From: Nanobdellota archaeon
GTDB taxonomy: Archaea > Nanobdellota > Nanobdellia > Pacearchaeales > GW2011-AR1
Length of the DNA stretch: 28,728 nucleotides
Direction of reading: 5' to 3'
Assembly: GCA_034722215.1 (NCBI GenBank)
Contig: JAYENS010000047.1
Span: forward strand, 1-28,728
Shown: one piece after another, positions 25,045 to 28,728 of the stretch
How the letters are laid out: every line of letters begins with the position of its first letter
Numbering within the stretch: position 1 is the stretch's first letter
Notes under the pieces: model-generated
What the model was told of the DNA's origin: nothing
Seen by the model: only the letters and a program-made list of their open reading frames with translations
The model's database searches: none
Position numbers and translations under genes: made by a program

Positions 25045-27600
25045 ATGAAGGTGAAATTTTTCTTAATATTTGGAATAATTTTCTTAATTGGAATTACTTC
25101 TGCATCTTTTTCAATAGACAATAATTTTTCATCAATAGCATTAGAATATCCTAAAGATTCAACAATTTTTGGTTCTTTAAATTTAAGTTTCGATAATCAA
25201 GCAGGAGATTCAATAATTTCAGATTCTTTTGAAAACAAAATTGAACTATTAGATTTATTAAAAACAGATTCAAATTACAAATACACTTGTAATCCTTTAG
25301 ATTGCGGATTAACTTACAAAGAATCAAATTCAGAATATGAAAAAAAAATTACTCTAAAAAAAGGAGAATCAAAAATAATAGGAATTGTATTAGAAGGAAT
25401 AATAACAGAAATAGATTCTGTTAATTTTAATATTTCTACAAATGCAGGAGAATCTTGTGAAGATCAACTTCAAATTGATTTTTTATCGGATGAATCTATA
25501 GAAATTAAAAACAAAAATATTTCAATAAATACTTGCTCTGAGAAAAGTTATTCTTGTTTTAAAGAATCAGGATCAACTGAGATAATAATCTCTCAAACAC
25601 CTTTTTGTCAAAAATTTTCCTTACAAAATTCCCCTGGATTGAAGGCAGGAGCTTGGATAAAACAAATAAATTCAGGAACAGAAAATTTAAATCTATCTCT
25701 TTATAGTGAATATGGAGACAAATTAGCTTCTTGTGAATTAGATAAAACCCAAATAACTTCTTCAGGAAATGAAGTGTTTTGTAATCTTGAACATTCTACA
25801 AATATAGATCAAGAATATTATATTTGCCTTTCAGCAGATGATTCTTTTTCAAGTTATAGAACAAAAGGTCATTCAGGAACTTGTGGTTTTTCAGGGTATC
25901 CTATAAAAACCCCTACAACAGCTTACTTTATTTCTGCGCAAACTCTAAAATTTGCAAAACCCTCTTTAATAGAAATAAAAAATATCCAAGAAGAGTTTGA
26001 ATTTTCAATTTTAATGGAAAATTATCTTCAAGAAAAATATGATAATAATTGTACAGATAGTTGTTTGATTCCAATAAAAATAAATTCAAATATAAATCAA
26101 GATATAAATATTAAAGATATTAAAATAATTTATTCTAAAAAAGGATTACCTGGAATAGAGGAAAATAATTTTTATGATTTCAAAATCACAGCCCCAAAAA
26201 TAAATTCAGAATATCAATTATTATCTATAAGTAATGCTGGTTTTAAAACACCCTCTACAATTGGAGAAAAAAATTATGAAATAGATTTTGATGGAATAAA
26301 TATTTTTAAGGAGAAAATCAAAATACTTGATTTAATTTTTGATATTTCTCCAAAAAATTTTGCAGTATTTTTTCCTGCAAAAATAAATATAAATTCAGAT
26401 ATTTTTGGAAAAATATATATTTGGGATTTTGGAGATAATGAAATATTAAATACAACAAAAAACACAACAATTCATTCTTATTCTTCTGAAGGAGAATTTA
26501 TTATTGAAGTGAAAATTATCAATCAATTAAATCAAATATTTTCAAAACAATTTAAAGTAAATGTTTTTGATTCTAATAAACTTGTTGAAAAGAGATTATA
26601 TGATTTTCAACAAAACATAAAAAATATAGAATTAATATTTTCTGGTTTAGATATTTTTACCAAAGAAATGATAAAAAATTCTATTAATTTTGAGAATACT
26701 AAATTAGAAATAAAAAAAATTGAAACTGATTTCGCAAAAAATTTAACAGGAATAGCTTATGAAGAATTGGTAAAATCTGTTCTAGAGATAAATTTACCTA
26801 AGAATTTATTTATTTCTTCTACAGATGAGATATTTTTTTATCCTGATGAAGACATAATAGATATGAAAGTTCTAGCACAAATACAAAATAAATCTACAAA
26901 TTTAACTTCTTCATCAATTTTATCTTGGTATGAAAATTCTATTTCTACTAAAATTTCTACTAAAGATGTTTCATTTTTGAAAGAATCAGGAGAAAATATT
27001 TATGGATTTAGGATTTATTCTTTAAATTTTAAAAATATAAAAGATTCTGAAGAAGTATATTTTATAATAGAAAATTTACAAAAATTACAATTTGAAAATC
27101 CTGGATTAGTTAATTCAATAAATAATTATAAATATTATAAAATAAAAAATAATGAAAAAATAAAATTTTCATCTACTGGAAAAATAGATGTAGCAAATTT
27201 ACCTATTTTTTTCTCCCCAGATTTATCTAAATTAAATACAAATGAATTCTATGAAGAGCATGAAGAAAAAAACAAAACACTTTTTGTAATTTTAATTATT
27301 CTGTTTATAATTGTTGTAGTTTTGATAGTTTATTATTTTATGAGTATGTGGTATAGAAAGAATTATGAATCTCATTTATTTCCAAATAGAAACAATCTAT
27401 TCAATATTTTAAATTATATCAATACTTCAAAAAATAAAAAAATGTCTCAAACAGAAATTAGAAAGAATTTAAAAAAAGTTGGATGGAAACCAGAACAAAT
27501 ATCTTATGCTTTTAAAAAATATTCAGGAAAAAACACAGGACTTCCTGTTTTTTTAGGTAAAAAAAGGATAAAAACTTTAATAAATAAGAGAAAACAATAG
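25045..27600 (+). CDS. Large cell-surface protein with a PKD domain, C-terminal TM and small cytoplasmic domain
   Basis: Signal peptide, Cys-containing N-terminal region, IWDFGDN...HSYSSEGEFIIEV (PKD), TM near aa 745-770, tail YINTSKNKK...IRKNLKKVGWKPEQISYAF. Confidence 0.88.
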   Translation: MKVKFFLIFGIIFLIGITSASFSIDNNFSSIALEYPKDSTIFGSLNLSFDNQAGDSIISDSFENKIELLDLLKTDSNYKYTCNPLDCGLTYKESNSEYEKKITLKKGESKIIGIVLEGIITEIDSVNFNISTNAGESCEDQLQIDFLSDESIEIKNKNISINTCSEKSYSCFKESGSTEIIISQTPFCQKFSLQNSPGLKAGAWIKQINSGTENLNLSLYSEYGDKLASCELDKTQITSSGNEVFCNLEHSTNIDQEYYICLSADDSFSSYRTKGHSGTCGFSGYPIKTPTTAYFISAQTLKFAKPSLIEIKNIQEEFEFSILMENYLQEKYDNNCTDSCLIPIKINSNINQDINIKDIKIIYSKKGLPGIEENNFYDFKITAPKINSEYQLLSISNAGFKTPSTIGEKNYEIDFDGINIFKEKIKILDLIFDISPKNFAVFFPAKININSDIFGKIYIWDFGDNEILNTTKNTTIHSYSSEGEFIIEVKIINQLNQIFSKQFKVNVFDSNKLVEKRLYDFQQNIKNIELIFSGLDIFTKEMIKNSINFENTKLEIKKIETDFAKNLTGIAYEELVKSVLEINLPKNLFISSTDEIFFYPDEDIIDMKVLAQIQNKSTNLTSSSILSWYENSISTKISTKDVSFLKESGENIYGFRIYSLNFKNIKDSEEVYFIIENLQKLQFENPGLVNSINNYKYYKIKNNEKIKFSSTGKIDVANLPIFFSPDLSKLNTNEFYEEHEEKNKTLFVILIILFIIVVVLIVYYFMSMWYRKNYESHLFPNRNNLFNILNYINTSKNKKMSQTEIRKNLKKVGWKPEQISYAFKKYSGKNTGLPVFLGKKRIKTLINKRKQ

Positions 27601-27606
27601 TTTAAC

Positions 27607-28248
27607 ATGGCAAAAATAAAAATGGATTTTTTTAAGAAATTTATCTCTAAAATTTTCAAGAATAAGAAAGATATTAGCTTAGGTTTTTACGGTCCTCCAA
27701 ATGCAGGTAAAACTTCTTTAGCAAATAGAATTTGTAAGGATTTTACAGGAGAAGAAATAGGGAGTGTATCAAAAGTACCTCACGAAACAAGAAATATTCA
27801 ATTCAAAGAAAAAGTTGAGATTTCTTATAAAGGAAAAATAATGACTTTTAAAATGGTAGACACTCCTGGAATTGCTACAAAAGTTGATTATGAGGACTTT
27901 CTAAAATATAAAGTAAAAAAAGGCGAAGCAAAAACAAGAGCAAAAGAAGCAACACAAGGAATAATTGAATCAATAAAATGGTTAGATGATATGAGTGTTG
28001 TAGTGATTGTATTAGATGCTACAGAAAATCCTTACAATCAAGTAAATATAACAATTATAGGAAATTTAGTAGCAAGAAAAATTCCTGTTTTAATTGTAGC
28101 AAATAAATCAGATTTAAGAAAAGCAAAAATAAAGAAAATCGAAGAAGCTTTTCCAGAATATCCTGTTGTAGGTATTAGTGCAAAGTACGGAAAAAATTTA
28201 GATAATTTTTATGAGCAAGTGTTTAAATTAGCAAAAAAAGTAAAATAA
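27607..28248 (+). CDS. arvA: Small GTPase OapA/ArvA-like
   Basis: G1 GPPNAGKTS, G2 HETR, G3 DTPG, G4 NKSD, G5 ISA; followed by DUF2073-like and Zn-ribbon genes. Confidence 0.85.
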   Translation: MAKIKMDFFKKFISKIFKNKKDISLGFYGPPNAGKTSLANRICKDFTGEEIGSVSKVPHETRNIQFKEKVEISYKGKIMTFKMVDTPGIATKVDYEDFLKYKVKKGEAKTRAKEATQGIIESIKWLDDMSVVVIVLDATENPYNQVNITIIGNLVARKIPVLIVANKSDLRKAKIKKIEEAFPEYPVVGISAKYGKNLDNFYEQVFKLAKKVK

Positions 28249-28249
28249 A

Positions 28250-28657
28250 ATGGTAAAGAAAAAAGTGGTGAAAAAAATAAAAGGATTTTCAATCCAGTTT
28301 ATGCCTTATACTGAAATAAGAGGATTGACTTCAACAGAAAGAATTAAGAAAATTTTAGGGATAGTTTTTACAAATTCAATTTTAATTTTACAAGGAAGGC
28401 TTAAACCTGAAGAAGAAACTCGTTTAATTGAAGATACGATGGCAATGATTGGTCATGTAAAAAACTTCAAAGGTATTGAATTGGCTGTAATAGCTTCAAA
28501 CGGAGCTCAACAAAGCTTTTTTGATAGGTTCAAAACACGTCTTGCAATAAGTTTAAGCGGAGCAGATTTAGGAGCTATCACAATAATTGGTCCTGCTTCA
28601 ATTGTAAAGGAAATTAAAAGAGATCCAAAGAAAATTGAATTGTTGTTGAATAAATAA
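28250..28657 (+). CDS. arvB: DUF2073-like protein (OapB/ArvB)
   Basis: ERIKKILGIV...LILQGRLKPEEETRLIEDTM...FKGIE...ITIIGPASIVKEIKRDP; 1 nt after arvA. Confidence 0.85.
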   Translation: MVKKKVVKKIKGFSIQFMPYTEIRGLTSTERIKKILGIVFTNSILILQGRLKPEEETRLIEDTMAMIGHVKNFKGIELAVIASNGAQQSFFDRFKTRLAISLSGADLGAITIIGPASIVKEIKRDPKKIELLLNK

Positions 28658-28690
28658 TTTTAAATAACCCTCCTTCTTTTAAATATTACA

Positions 28691-28728
28691 ATGCCTCACC
28701 AATGTGTTAAATGTTCTAGAATTTTGCC
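28691..28728 (+). CDS. arvC: Zn-ribbon protein (DUF2072, OapC/ArvC), 5' end only
   Basis: MPHQCVKCSRIL, an MPHxCxxC start in the expected operon position. Confidence 0.8.
   Translation, partial: MPHQCVKCSRIL

Noticed and set aside
1091-26465. Short antisense or overlapping ORFs in the track (e.g. 1091-1273, 2087-2272, 3592-3804, 9901-10191, 12320-12529, 15113-15334, 19083-19403, 21748-21969, 24792-25124, 26274-26465)
   Set aside because: They lie within or opposite well-supported genes and have the Phe/Leu/Ser-rich composition of shadow frames.

Overview
AT-rich, gene-dense archaeal chromosome segment. Gene content, leaderless TATA-box promoters about 25 nt upstream of starts, and Lys-rich hypothetical membrane proteins suggest a DPANN archaeon, probably Pacearchaeota (inference). 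Housekeeping genes: tRNA-Gln(CTG), pheS/pheT, ileS, pyrH, short Rpp30, dph5, CCA-adding enzyme and a ferredoxin missed by the ORF track. Envelope genes: Cys-rich type IV pilin-like protein, LemA, presenilin-like protease and a PKD surface protein. Also two TrmB-family paralogs and the OapABC/ArvABC small-GTPase operon running off the right edge. Most unusual: (1) a non-coding array at 7611-7904 of 86-88 bp units with a constant anchor and a hairpin conserved in structure but not sequence, behind its own TATA box; (2) a 34-bp DNA repeat embedded in frame in unrelated genes, plus palindromes inside a RelE-like gene and ileS; (3) a PEP-synthase-like protein lacking the phospho-His domain, in an apparent operon with a stand-alone VirB11/CpaF N-domain-like protein; (4) 5'-only gene stumps (hsdM, purM) and an ORF split by one in-frame TAG. 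No cas gene, integrase or transposase was recognised. All family calls come from motif recognition by eye, not database searches.
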